NCBI GenBank assembly: GCA_963717935.1
Contig: CAVQXP010000004.1
Location: 832,001 to 896,000, forward strand
Origin: Candidatus Eiseniibacteriota bacterium
Lineage (GTDB): Bacteria > Eisenbacteria > RBG-16-71-46
Direction of reading: 5' to 3'
DNA: 64,000 nucleotides
The notes under the pieces: generated by a model
Database searches by the model: none
Told to the model about the DNA's origin: nothing
The model's input: the letters and a program-made list of their open reading frames with translations, nothing else
Shown: positions 43,401 through 53,279 of the stretch, one piece after another
How positions within the stretch are numbered: the first letter of the stretch is position 1
How the letters are laid out: every line of letters begins with the position of its first letter
Translations under genes and position numbers: made by a program

Positions 43401-44826
43401 CTACCCGCAGCCGATCGGTTCCGCCTGGAACTACGACGGCTTCCGCTGGGAGAACTTCTCGATCCTGCCCGACCGGTGGAAGGATGCCGGTTACGGCGGG
43501 CTGGGCTCAGCCTGCATGCTGGTCGTTGACTACGGCGATCGGCGTGGTGACGAGCCAGTCTGGGTGGGTGCGGCAGACAGCATCGGTGCTACTCAGGCCG
43601 CCAAGTACGGCGCGCACAACGGCTGGCACTGCACGGCTGCATACGTCGCGAGCGATGGTACCCACGACTACACCAACGAGACCGACTGCGGCACCAACCC
43701 GGCCATCGCGGTGTGGTCGCACGGCGGTCAGCCGGGCACGACGTGGGATCTCTACAACGTGAAGGCGGGTGAGTCGTCGACCACTGGCACGAGCCAGATC
43801 GGCAGCCGTCTCGCCAGCCGCGCAGACATGGGTCTCTTGGCGGGCAAGCAGAGCATGCAGGGCCCGACGCCCGAGATGCTGCGCGCTTACTACAACATGC
43901 TGTTCATCTTGTCTGGCGATTTGAACACCAGCTTCTTCGGTGCGGATGTGAATCGTGGACAGGATGACATCGCCCTGGTGCAGGACTTCCTGACCTACAA
44001 CGCCGACGCGGGCAACCCGCGTGGCATCTGGGCCATGGGCAATGGCTTCATGGAAGGCAACGTGGGGATCGACGCTGCCCACGACGCCTTCCTGGCGAAC
44101 AATCTGGCAGCCTCCCTGCGGTTCACTTCGTACTATGCCTCGGCCCTGGGGAACACGCCGGTTGGGTTCCCGGATCTGATCCCCACGAGTGTCATCAACA
44201 CGGCGGGGGCCATCTACTGCGTCGAGCAGTCCTGCCTGTACACGAACGACGTTCTGGACGTGAACGTGGCGGTGAGCGGCGCGACGGTCGCCTCGTACTA
44301 CCAGAACCTTGGTAGGAACGGTCCGTACATCGCGGGCGTCTACGCTCCGAGCACGACGAACCATCCGTACATCTCGCTCATCGACGGCTGGGGCATCTTC
44401 AGCACGTTCAGCCGTCACGGTGGCAACACCGTGGGCCGTCTGCAGTACCTCATGGACGTCCTGGTCAACACGTTCGGCTCGGTTTGCTCGTTTACCGCGG
44501 CGCCGACCATCGATGTGCCGACCAACACGGTCAGGAACATCGACTTCCTCGGCAACGTCTGGGGCAACCCGATGGTGGCCGGCGGGAAGGCGACGGTGCA
44601 CTTCGGCCTGGCGAAGCAGGACCGGGTCGAGGTGAAGGTGTATGACGTGACAGGCCGTCTCGTTAAGTCGCTGGCGGATCGTACCTTCCAGGCTGGCGAG
44701 CACTCGCTGGTCTGGGACGGCTCGAACGACCAGGGCCAGGTGGTCCCGCGCGGCGTGTACTTCACCCAGGTGAAGTTCATCAACAGCCGCTTCCTGGACG
44801 CCAAGAAGGTGACGGTCCTGAAGTAG
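40458..44826 (+). CDS. Large (~1450 aa) secreted Cys/Trp/Gly-rich protein with C-terminal FlgD/T9SS-like domain; frameshift near 42890
   Basis: GGAGG RBS, signal peptide MRKSFVALALLVGAA; ORFs 40350..42953 and 42937..44826 join by one base; C-terminus VKVYDVTGRLVKSL...WDGSNDQGQVVPRGVYF. Confidence 0.85.
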
Positions 44827-44844
44827 ACAGCAGCAGTCCGGTGA

Positions 44845-44925
44845 TCGTCCCGCCTTCGGGCGGGACGAGCGCCGGGGAGACAAGTCGGCGGGCGGGGGTT
44901 CCAATCCCCGCCCGCCGGCGTTTGT
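44845..44925 (+). terminator. Double hairpin after the large secreted protein (UUCG stem-loop + GC stem with T tail)
   Basis: TCGTCCCGCC-TTCG-GGCGGGACGA at 44845-44868; CGGCGGGCGGGG..CCCCGCCCGCCG at 44886-44917 followed by GCGTTTGT. Confidence 0.7.
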
Positions 44926-45199
44926 GCAGACCGCCCCGTTCGTCGTGTCACAGTGCGGGTTCGGCGGCGGCTCGGGGGATTGGCTGGAAGAGGAGCGTGT
45001 GGGTGCCTGGCCGTCCGTCGGCCGTCCCCGGACCGGCGGGCACCGGGCCGGAGAACCCGGGGTCTCCCGGCGAGCCCCTGGCCCCCGGCCGGCCTTCGGA
45101 CTCGTGAAGGACCATGGCCACCGGCGCTTACGCGGACACCGGCATCATTTCGGGGTTGCGTCCGGCGCCTCGACAGCGTAACCTACGCGGTCTTCCGGC

Positions 45200-45228
45200 T
45201 TGACGGTTACCGAACCTGTTGCTAACCT
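45200..45228 (+). promoter_or_regulatory. Putative sigma70 promoter TTGACG-N17-TAACCT
   Basis: Near-consensus hexamers 45 nt upstream of ATG 45274. Confidence 0.55.
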
Positions 45229-45273
45229 ACTTTCACTTCCCTCTCACATGACTGGGCGTTCCAGGGGGCGCGG

Positions 45274-47463
45274 ATGCGCTTGAGTGCTCGGGTCGTTCTG
45301 TGTTTGCTGACGTTGTCCTTGGCCGCTGGTTCGGGGTGCCGTAAGCCCCTGACCCCCAACATCGACAGGAACGAAGCCCCGGAGACGTGGATCACGGCAG
45401 CGCCGCTGGACACGCTGACGATCCGGGACAATTACGGCCGGCCGATCGGTGATCCCGCGATCACCACCATCCCGGTCCGCTTCCACCTGTACTGGGCGGG
45501 CTCCGACAAGGATGGCGCCGTCGCGGGCTTCTATTATGCGGTGGTGGAGACCACGGCGGTCCCGGTCGATGGCTTCTTCCCGCCGCTGCCGGGTCCCAAG
45601 CCAGGGCAGTATCGCTTCACGTCGAAGACCGACACGACGTTCGTATTCACGGTTTCGGAGTTGTTCACCGACCGGGCGCACGCCTTCTTCATCTACGCGG
45701 TGGACAACCAGGGCAAGCCGGACCCCACGCCCGCCCGCTTCATCTTCACCGCCATCGACAAGTTCCCCCCGCGACCGGTCATTGGCCCACTGGATGCGAA
45801 GGCCACCGGGGAGATCGTCAGTCTGACGCCCGCCGGTGAGCCGGTCTCCGAGTTCCGGGAGTACTTCGTCACCGACACGCTGAACCTCAAGACGCTCCCC
45901 ACGGACACGGTGCCCGCCTACAGCCGCCTGGATTTCACCTGGCGCGGCGAGATCACCCAGCCGGGGACGTTCGTGACGAGCTACCGCTACAAGCTCGACG
46001 AGTCCCAGTTCCAGACCGCCGACTCGTCCGTGCACTCGGTCTCGTATGGCACGGACCTGCCGGGCTCGGTGCCTGTCGCCCCGGGGCAGAAGGTCTTCAC
46101 GCTGCGCGCGCTCGATCAGGCCGGTGGTGCGGGCGAAACGACGCGGCGCTTCATCATGAACTTCGCCCCCGACACCTGGTGGGCCGGGCCCGACCCCGCG
46201 CTCTTCACGGGGCCCTCGGACGGGGAGTACGACTCGCACAGTCTGGACGTCCTCACCTGGCCGAGCCCGAGCAACCCGGTCTTCGTCACGAGCCCCCCGC
46301 TCCCGCCGGGATCCACGTTCGGTCCGGACTCCTTCGCGTACCGGCCCTCCCGGCGGTTCCCGCCGAACCGGGACTTCACGCGGCCGGGGACCTTCTACGA
46401 GATCTACAAGAACCGGCTCTACGCGCGCACCGAGGGTGACACGGTCCACCTGAATTCGTTCGTCGTCCTCTGGAACGGTGGCTACGACAAGGACTCGCGT
46501 TACATCCCCCGGGCCGACAGCATGGACCCCGCCCTGCGCACTTCCGACGGCCGTCTCATCACCGGGCCGGTGGTCCAGGCCGCGGGCCGGATCGGTTCCC
46601 CGATCGGCTTCCGCTCGCTCATCGTCAATCGCCTGACGCCGTCGGGCCTCAAGAGCCTCCCGGCGCAGACCTCGATGTACCCGGTCTACGAGCCCGCGTC
46701 GGTCTACCGTTCCCTGTTCATGGGCGGCTACTGGCGCATGTTCCAGGCGGGGAAGGCGTATGCGATGGCCCGTGGCGAGGACGCCGACGGCGGCCTGGAC
46801 AAGTCCGTGGTGGACCCGGTGGCGCTGGCCGACGCCGTGGACAACAACGGAGGCACCCAGGCGGAGCGTGACTTGCGCCGCAAGGTGCTGGTCTTCTACG
46901 TGGACAAGGCGCCTGCGTTGATCAGGAGCGGATCCTTCCTGCCCTACGAGGGTCAGTCCATCACCACCGCCCAGTGGGACTTCTACCTGCGCGGCATGGA
47001 CCTCGATCCGCTCGACCCCACCCTGGTGAGCCCTCCGGCCGGCGGTCCCACGGCGAGGACGGTCATCCGATTCAAGGTCAAGCTCTACGGCAAGAACCTC
47101 GCGGGTCGCGACACCTCCTGGACCTATCTCGAGTCGACCGGCCTGCCCTACATCCTCCGGGGCACGGACGTCGCGGTGAGCTTCGTCCCCGGCGGGTCCA
47201 TGCTCACGAACCCGTTCGCCTCGGGGCCGATCAGGGTCAGCATCCAGATCTGTGACTGCATCGACTGCGAGTTCATGCCGGGGCAGGGACGCTGCGTCGA
47301 CGGCATCGACCCCCTGACCGGGCAAGTCCCCGACCGGCCCGGTTTCACCGCGCTGAACGTCATCACCGTCAACTACACGAGACCCGCATTTGAGCCGGAT
47401 CTCGAGACCACTTCATCGACAGTGGGCCGACCGGGGCCTGATTTGTCGGGCGGGAGAGACTGA
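45274..47463 (+). CDS. Uncharacterised lipoprotein with beta-rich Ig/fn3-like repeats
   Basis: Signal peptide with lipobox-like GSGC, NEAPETWIT, YAVDNQGKPDPTPA, LRALDQAG, C-terminal CDCIDC...C. Confidence 0.75.
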   Translation: MRLSARVVLCLLTLSLAAGSGCRKPLTPNIDRNEAPETWITAAPLDTLTIRDNYGRPIGDPAITTIPVRFHLYWAGSDKDGAVAGFYYAVVETTAVPVDGFFPPLPGPKPGQYRFTSKTDTTFVFTVSELFTDRAHAFFIYAVDNQGKPDPTPARFIFTAIDKFPPRPVIGPLDAKATGEIVSLTPAGEPVSEFREYFVTDTLNLKTLPTDTVPAYSRLDFTWRGEITQPGTFVTSYRYKLDESQFQTADSSVHSVSYGTDLPGSVPVAPGQKVFTLRALDQAGGAGETTRRFIMNFAPDTWWAGPDPALFTGPSDGEYDSHSLDVLTWPSPSNPVFVTSPPLPPGSTFGPDSFAYRPSRRFPPNRDFTRPGTFYEIYKNRLYARTEGDTVHLNSFVVLWNGGYDKDSRYIPRADSMDPALRTSDGRLITGPVVQAAGRIGSPIGFRSLIVNRLTPSGLKSLPAQTSMYPVYEPASVYRSLFMGGYWRMFQAGKAYAMARGEDADGGLDKSVVDPVALADAVDNNGGTQAERDLRRKVLVFYVDKAPALIRSGSFLPYEGQSITTAQWDFYLRGMDLDPLDPTLVSPPAGGPTARTVIRFKVKLYGKNLAGRDTSWTYLESTGLPYILRGTDVAVSFVPGGSMLTNPFASGPIRVSIQICDCIDCEFMPGQGRCVDGIDPLTGQVPDRPGFTALNVITVNYTRPAFEPDLETTSSTVGRPGPDLSGGRD

Positions 47464-47464
47464 G

Positions 47465-50024
47465 ATGAAGACTCACGCAATCGCCCCGGTGCTGGCGCTG
47501 GCGGCCCTGCTCGGGCTCGGGAGCGCCGGCTGCAGCAAACAGCTGAAGAACACGGTCATCCCGAACCAGTTGCCGACCGTGCGTCTCACCTACGCGCCGA
47601 TCGACACCACGAGCGAGTTCTTCTACGTCTACCGGATGAACTGGGTGGGCTATGATCCGGACGGGCGCGTGGTCCGCTTCGAGTACGTCGTGGATCCGCC
47701 GACCGCGGTGGACGCCGTGATTCCCTGGGTGAGCACGACGAACAACGAGCAGACCATCACGTTCACCGCCACCAAGCCCGAATCGCTGCCCACCCCGGGC
47801 CATCCTCGCACCCCCCGCAGCCAGGGCTTCCACGTGTTCGCCATCCGTGCCGTGGACAACCTGGGCGCGGTCTCCGAGCCGGTCAAGCGCGCGTTCTACT
47901 CCTTCGGCGTCGCGCCCGTCGTACAGATCGAGGAGCCCCGGCCCTCGAACCTGATCTCGCCCGCGGTAACGCCCGCGGTGCGCATCCGCTGGACGGGCAA
48001 GGACTTCGTCGATCCGAACGGGTTCGTGTTCGAGAAGCCGGTCCGGTACAAGTACGCGCTCTACAAGCGGGGCCCCGGCATCCCGTGGAACGCCTGGCTC
48101 CAGGATCCCGATTCCCTGCGCAGGCAAGTCGCGCCGGAGTTCGCGGGCTGGGACTCGACCGGGCCCGACAGCGCGGAGGTGCAGTACACGAACCTCACGC
48201 CGAACAGCGAGTACCTGTTCGTGGTCGTGGCCATCGGGCGCTCGGGCGCGTATTCGCCGATCTTCGACCTCAACTCGAACATGCTGCGGATGGCCGTGGG
48301 GCTCGCGGGCCAGCTCGGGCCGCGGATCACGCTTTTCAACTCGTTCTTCCAGTTCACCTACCCGAGCGGCGGTTTCCCGTCGCCGCTGGATCCCTCGTGG
48401 GCGATCCAGCTCCAGATCCCCGCCGGGCAGCCTCTCACGTTCAACTGGACCGCCGAGCCCCCGGCGGGCTCGATCATGAAGCGCTATCGCTGGGTGCTGG
48501 ACCTCGAGAGCCTGGACGACGAGACGCCGCGCACCAGTCAGGACGACTGGTACCACTGGAGCCCCTGGAGCCAGACGACCGCGGCGATCGTCGGTCCCTT
48601 CGCGGGGGCCGACACCGGCGAGGTGCACAACTTCTACCTCGAGGCCGAGGACATCAACGGGCTCGTGAGCCTGGGGTGGGTCCAGTTCCGGGTGTACCGG
48701 CCGACGTTCGACAAGGAACTGCTGATCGTGAATGACACGCGGTTCAACGTGGACCAGTACGTGGTGAACCGGACGGACACGCTGCGGGCCCCGAGCGGCG
48801 TCTGGCCCACGCGCGCCGAGCTGGACACGTTCCTGTTCGCGGTGGGGGGGTGCGCTGGAAGATGACACCGTCGTCCCCACTCTTCGCGGTCCGGCCGAGT
48901 CCGCAGGGGATCTTCAAGGGCTACAGCTACGACACGCTGGGGACGCGCTACGGCCAGGAGAACCCCACGATCCCGCTCGGGTTCCTCGGCCAGTACCGCC
49001 ACATCATCTGGATGACGGACCTGCGGGGCTCGCTGCTGGAGCTCCCGTCTACGTCTTCGACGCTGCCCACGACGACGCTGCTCTACATGTCCAGGCCCAA
49101 CCGGCAGAACACGCTGGCGACCTGGGTGAGCCAGGGCGGCCAGTTGTGGGCGCTCGGCTCCGGGTTCGGCAACGCCACGAACTCGCCCTGGAACAACCTG
49201 GGCAACGACGTCAACTCGGTCCGGGCCTACCGGTTCGACGGCACGCGACCCGACCTGACGCCGGGGCGGTTCATGTTCGACCTCGCGCACTGGCGCTCGG
49301 AGTTCCGGGTCTTCGGACCGGTCTTCGTGCGTTTCGCGCGCTATGACCAGCCGGACCCGGGGGTCTATTACCCGTATCCGACGACCTACTGGAAGGGCGG
49401 GCACTTCACGAACCCGGACGTGGACTACACGGTGCTGCCGACGACGCTGGAGCCCCGCGATCCGTCGACGGACCCGATCCTGGCCGTTCCGCACGTACGG
49501 CGACTTCTACGTCGGCAACCAGATCTACAGCGGAAACGGCATCAACATCGAGTTCCTCAGCCTCCAGAACTTCATCATCGAGGAGCTCCCGGTGCCTTCG
49601 CCCACGAGCCCGGACTCGACCGTCGAGCGCTCGACGCTCGACAGCCTGTACCTGGTCTACGGGAGCGCCTACCCCACGCAGATGCTGCAGTCGACCGCCG
49701 GGCAGGGCGTGAACACGGTGATGACCTACTACCACGGGCCGGAGAACGCGCCGCTGGTGTTCTCGGGGACGGACATCTGGGACGTTCCGGCGGCAGGACT
49801 GCGTGGCACTGGTGGACTTCGTTCTGGGCCATCTGTGGGGCGTGTACAGGAGCACTTCCTACGCGCCGCGCGCCGTGGCGCCCAGCCTCACGCGGAAAGT
49901 TGCCGTGCCCGCGCCGCAGACCATCCAGCGACCATCCGGGTCGGTCCGGCGGCCGGTCGGCACCCCCCAGCGACCGTCCGGGTCGGTCCGGCGGCCGGTC
50001 GGCACCTCAACATTCCAGCGCTGA
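47465..50024 (+). CDS. Uncharacterised lipoprotein related to the upstream gene; three frameshifts (~48850, ~49480, ~49785)
   Basis: Lipobox-like SAGC, NQLPTVRLT, IRAVDNLG; protein-like text continues through ORFs 48850, 49343 and 49803 to TGA 50024. Confidence 0.7.
49925..50006 (+). repeat. 42-bp tandem duplication (QRPSGSVRRPVGT x2) at the lipoprotein C-terminus
   Basis: CCAGCGACC(A/G)TCCGGGTCGGTCCGGCGGCCGGTCGGCACC at 49925 and 49967. Confidence 0.88.
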
Positions 50025-50043
50025 CGCTGACGGGAGCCGTCGA

Positions 50044-51129
50044 ATGACTCGAAAGGCTGGCCGCAATCGCTTCATCCCTGTCGTTGTTCTCCTGGCGCTG
50101 GCCCTCGTGGCCGGCGCCGGGAGCCTGTCTGCCGCCCGCGCCCAGACCGCCGAGACGCCGCAGCAGTTCTGGCACATCCCGGTCTGGGTCCAGCCGGGAG
50201 CGTGGCAGGACTACACGGCGCTCTTCCCCAAACGCTGCATCGGGCTCCTGGAGTCCAGACCTGACAGCCTCAGTCCGAGGCCGCGCACGACGACGGTGCG
50301 CTTCCTGCGCAACCGGCGTGTCGAGGCGCGTCGCGACTTCGGTGGGTACCGCGTCTACCGGGGCACGAACTCGGCCGACACCACGACCATGATGCTCCTT
50401 CGGCGCTATTCGGTGAACATCGGCGACAGCCCGCTGTGGCATTTCTCGCGCGTGGACACCTCGAGCCTCGAGTTCAAGTGCGGAGACGTCGTGGCCCACG
50501 ACAGCGTCATGACGTTCGTGGATCCGGATTCCTGCGGGGCCCTCACCAAGGTGTGCCGCCGCGTGGACTACCTGGGCCGCTGCCTCTCGGTAGGCGACTC
50601 GGTCTGGGCGTTGGTGGCTCCTCCGGGTCCGCACGATGGCTTCCGCACGTGGTACACGGTCATCTACGAGGCCCGCAACACCATCGACAACAACTACGAG
50701 GAGCTCTTCGTCCCGGACACGACGAACGACTATGCCGCGTGCGGCGAGCCCGGGCACCCGGAAACCTGCCCGAACCTGAACAACAAGGCCGCGAACCTGA
50801 TCGCGGAGCCCGTCGAGGCGACCCCGGGGCCGGCCGCGAACCTGCAGACCGTGGCGGTCGTGCCCAACCCGTTCCGGGGTCGGGAGTCGTGGGACCGGCC
50901 GGACGGCAACGAGGTGCATTTCATCAACCTGCCGTCCAAGGCGAGGATCCGGATCTTCACGGTCGCTGGTGACCTCATCAGGGAGTTGAGCCACGACGAC
51001 CCGGTGCGCGACTTCGAGCGCTGGGACCTCAAGAACGCGAACGGACAGGATGTCGCCTCCGGCATCTACATGTTCCGGATCGAGGCGGGCTCCTTCGCCG
51101 CCCAGAACCGCTTCATCATCATCCGATAG
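50044..51129 (+). CDS. Secreted protein with T9SS/FlgD-like C-terminal sorting domain
   Basis: Signal peptide, DFGGYRVYRG, paired Cys, VVPNPF..HFINLP..IRIFTVAGDLIREL..WDLKNANGQDVASGIY. Confidence 0.8.
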   Translation: MTRKAGRNRFIPVVVLLALALVAGAGSLSAARAQTAETPQQFWHIPVWVQPGAWQDYTALFPKRCIGLLESRPDSLSPRPRTTTVRFLRNRRVEARRDFGGYRVYRGTNSADTTTMMLLRRYSVNIGDSPLWHFSRVDTSSLEFKCGDVVAHDSVMTFVDPDSCGALTKVCRRVDYLGRCLSVGDSVWALVAPPGPHDGFRTWYTVIYEARNTIDNNYEELFVPDTTNDYAACGEPGHPETCPNLNNKAANLIAEPVEATPGPAANLQTVAVVPNPFRGRESWDRPDGNEVHFINLPSKARIRIFTVAGDLIRELSHDDPVRDFERWDLKNANGQDVASGIYMFRIEAGSFAAQNRFIIIR

Positions 51130-51373
51130 CCTTCAGGAGGGCCCCGTGAGGGGCCCCGGAAGCACCTGGCGCGGCCGCGGGGCGACGGAAGCTCCCCGCG
51201 GCCGCGATCCTCTTTCCGCCCGGCGCCCGCTTCGCGGCCCCCGCGCCGGCGCACGGGGCCGGGGGTGGGGGTTCCACGGATGAGGGCCCGTCACGGTATA
51301 ATGGGACCTCCGGTCGGCAGCGTGGCACGAGGTCGGTCCGGGGCCGTACGAGCGAGCGGAGGGGGAGCGCACG

Positions 51374-53224
51374 ATGGTTCCGAGAATGCCGGCGGCGTGG
51401 CGTGGAGCGCGGGGCCTCGCCGTGCTGTTGCTGGTCTCCTGTCTGGCCGCGCCGGCTTCAGGCGCTTTGCCCCGGGGCGCGGTGGCCGCGAAACTCGACC
51501 CGCGCCTCCTGGCTGCGCTGACCACGGACGGGGTGGCGCCCGTGAGCGCGTGGGTGACCTTCGGCGACAAGGGCGAGACCGGCCCCGGTGACCTCGTCCG
51601 GCGTCTTGCCGAGGCCGAGGCCGCGCTCGACCCTCATGCGCGGGCGCGCCGCGAACGGGCCGGAGTCACGCCCCTGGTGGATTACCTCGACCTGCCCGTG
51701 CACCCGCCCTACATCGAATCCGTCCGGGCGCTGGGGCTTGCGCCCTACGGGACTTCGCGCTGGTTCAACCGCGTGGCGGTGCGCGCCACCGGCGAGCATC
51801 TGGTGGCGCTGGCCGGACTGCCCTGCGTCGCGCGCCTGGCGCCGGTGGAGCGCGCGCTGCCCATGCGGGACGAGCCCGCCGGCTCCGCCGCAGGAGCGCG
51901 CGAGGCGGGGCTGGCCTCGGTCCGGGCGACCACGACCCTCGACTACGGTCTGACCGCCTCGCAACTCACGCAGATCGGCGTGCCCGCCCTGCACGACCTG
52001 GGCTACACCGGCGTGGGTGTGCGCATCTGCATGCTCGACGATGGCTTCAACTACTACGCCACGCACCCCGCCCTGGCGGACGCCGACATCCTGGCCACGC
52101 GTGACTTCGTGCGGGGCGTGGAGGACCCGACCGACCTGAACGCTCCGATCGGCGACTTCCAGCACGGGACCGAGACCTTCAGCTGCATCGCCGGCAACCA
52201 GCCCGGCCGCTACATCGGCGCGGCACCCGGTGCCACGTTCCTGCTGGGACGCACCGAGTACGACGCCACCGAGACGCCGGTGGAGATGGTCTACTGGGGC
52301 ATGGGCGCCGAGTGGGCCGACAGCGCGGGCGCCGACATCATCAGCTCGTCGCTGGGCTACAGCACGTTCCCGGACAGCGTCGGCCAGGACTACGTGTATG
52401 CCGACATGGATGGTCACACCACCCTCGTCAGCCGCGCGGCCCAGATCGCCGCCAGCAAGGGCATCCTGGTCGTCAACTCGGCGGGCAACGAGGGCAACAC
52501 GGTCTGGCACTACATCATCGCGCCGGCCGACGTGGACGGCGACAGCCTGATCGCCGTGGGTGCCGTGGACTCGACCGGTCTGCCCGCGAGCTTCAGCTCG
52601 TACGGTCCCAGCGCCGATGGGCGCGTGAAGCCCGACCTCGCCGCTCGCGGCGTCAACGCCTGGGTCGCGCTGGCCGCCGACACGGGCTACGCGCAGTTGA
52701 ACGGCACCTCCTTCTCGTGCCCGCTCGTCGCCGGGCTCGCCGCGAGCCTGATGCAGGCGCGGCCCACCTGGCCACCGACGCTCCTCATCCGCGGCTTGCG
52801 GCTCACGGCCTCGCAGGCCACCGCGCCCGATGACCGCGTGGGCTACGGCATCCCGGACGGGGCTGCCGTGCTGCGCTGGATCCCGGATACCGCCTCGGTC
52901 CCGGGGCTTCCGCCGTTCGCCCTGGGATTGCGCCTCACCGGACCGAACCCCCTCACGTCCTCCGCACCCTGGACCCGCGTGGACTTCGGCGTGGGCCCCG
53001 GCGCGGGCGAACCGCGGCTGCGCGTCTTCGACGCCCAGGGCCGTCTCGTCGTGCGCGACCTCGCGAGCAGCGGCAAGTCCACGATCGCCGGGGACGGGCT
53101 GTCCCGGACCGCGACCTGGGATGGCCGCGACGGCGATGGCCGGCTGCTGCGGGCCGGGCTCTACTTCATCACGCTCGAAGCTGGTGGCCGGCGCTCCGCG
53201 GTTCGCGTGATCTCCCTGCGTTGA
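51374..53224 (+). CDS. S8 subtilisin-like serine protease with C-terminal FlgD-like domain
   Basis: Triad MLDDG / HGT / GTSFS, SAGNEG, KPDLAARG; C-terminus FDAQGRLV..WDGRDGDG..AGLYF. Confidence 0.92.
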   Translation: MVPRMPAAWRGARGLAVLLLVSCLAAPASGALPRGAVAAKLDPRLLAALTTDGVAPVSAWVTFGDKGETGPGDLVRRLAEAEAALDPHARARRERAGVTPLVDYLDLPVHPPYIESVRALGLAPYGTSRWFNRVAVRATGEHLVALAGLPCVARLAPVERALPMRDEPAGSAAGAREAGLASVRATTTLDYGLTASQLTQIGVPALHDLGYTGVGVRICMLDDGFNYYATHPALADADILATRDFVRGVEDPTDLNAPIGDFQHGTETFSCIAGNQPGRYIGAAPGATFLLGRTEYDATETPVEMVYWGMGAEWADSAGADIISSSLGYSTFPDSVGQDYVYADMDGHTTLVSRAAQIAASKGILVVNSAGNEGNTVWHYIIAPADVDGDSLIAVGAVDSTGLPASFSSYGPSADGRVKPDLAARGVNAWVALAADTGYAQLNGTSFSCPLVAGLAASLMQARPTWPPTLLIRGLRLTASQATAPDDRVGYGIPDGAAVLRWIPDTASVPGLPPFALGLRLTGPNPLTSSAPWTRVDFGVGPGAGEPRLRVFDAQGRLVVRDLASSGKSTIAGDGLSRTATWDGRDGDGRLLRAGLYFITLEAGGRRSAVRVISLR

Positions 53225-53279
53225 CCCGGTCCGACTTCCGCCCACGATGCTCCGACTCCAGACGAAAGGACCTCTGCGC

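Noticed and set aside
40107..51129. Prophage or horizontally acquired island
   Set aside because: No integrase, transposase, tRNA, att-like repeats or phage genes; the composition shift is explained by amino-acid content
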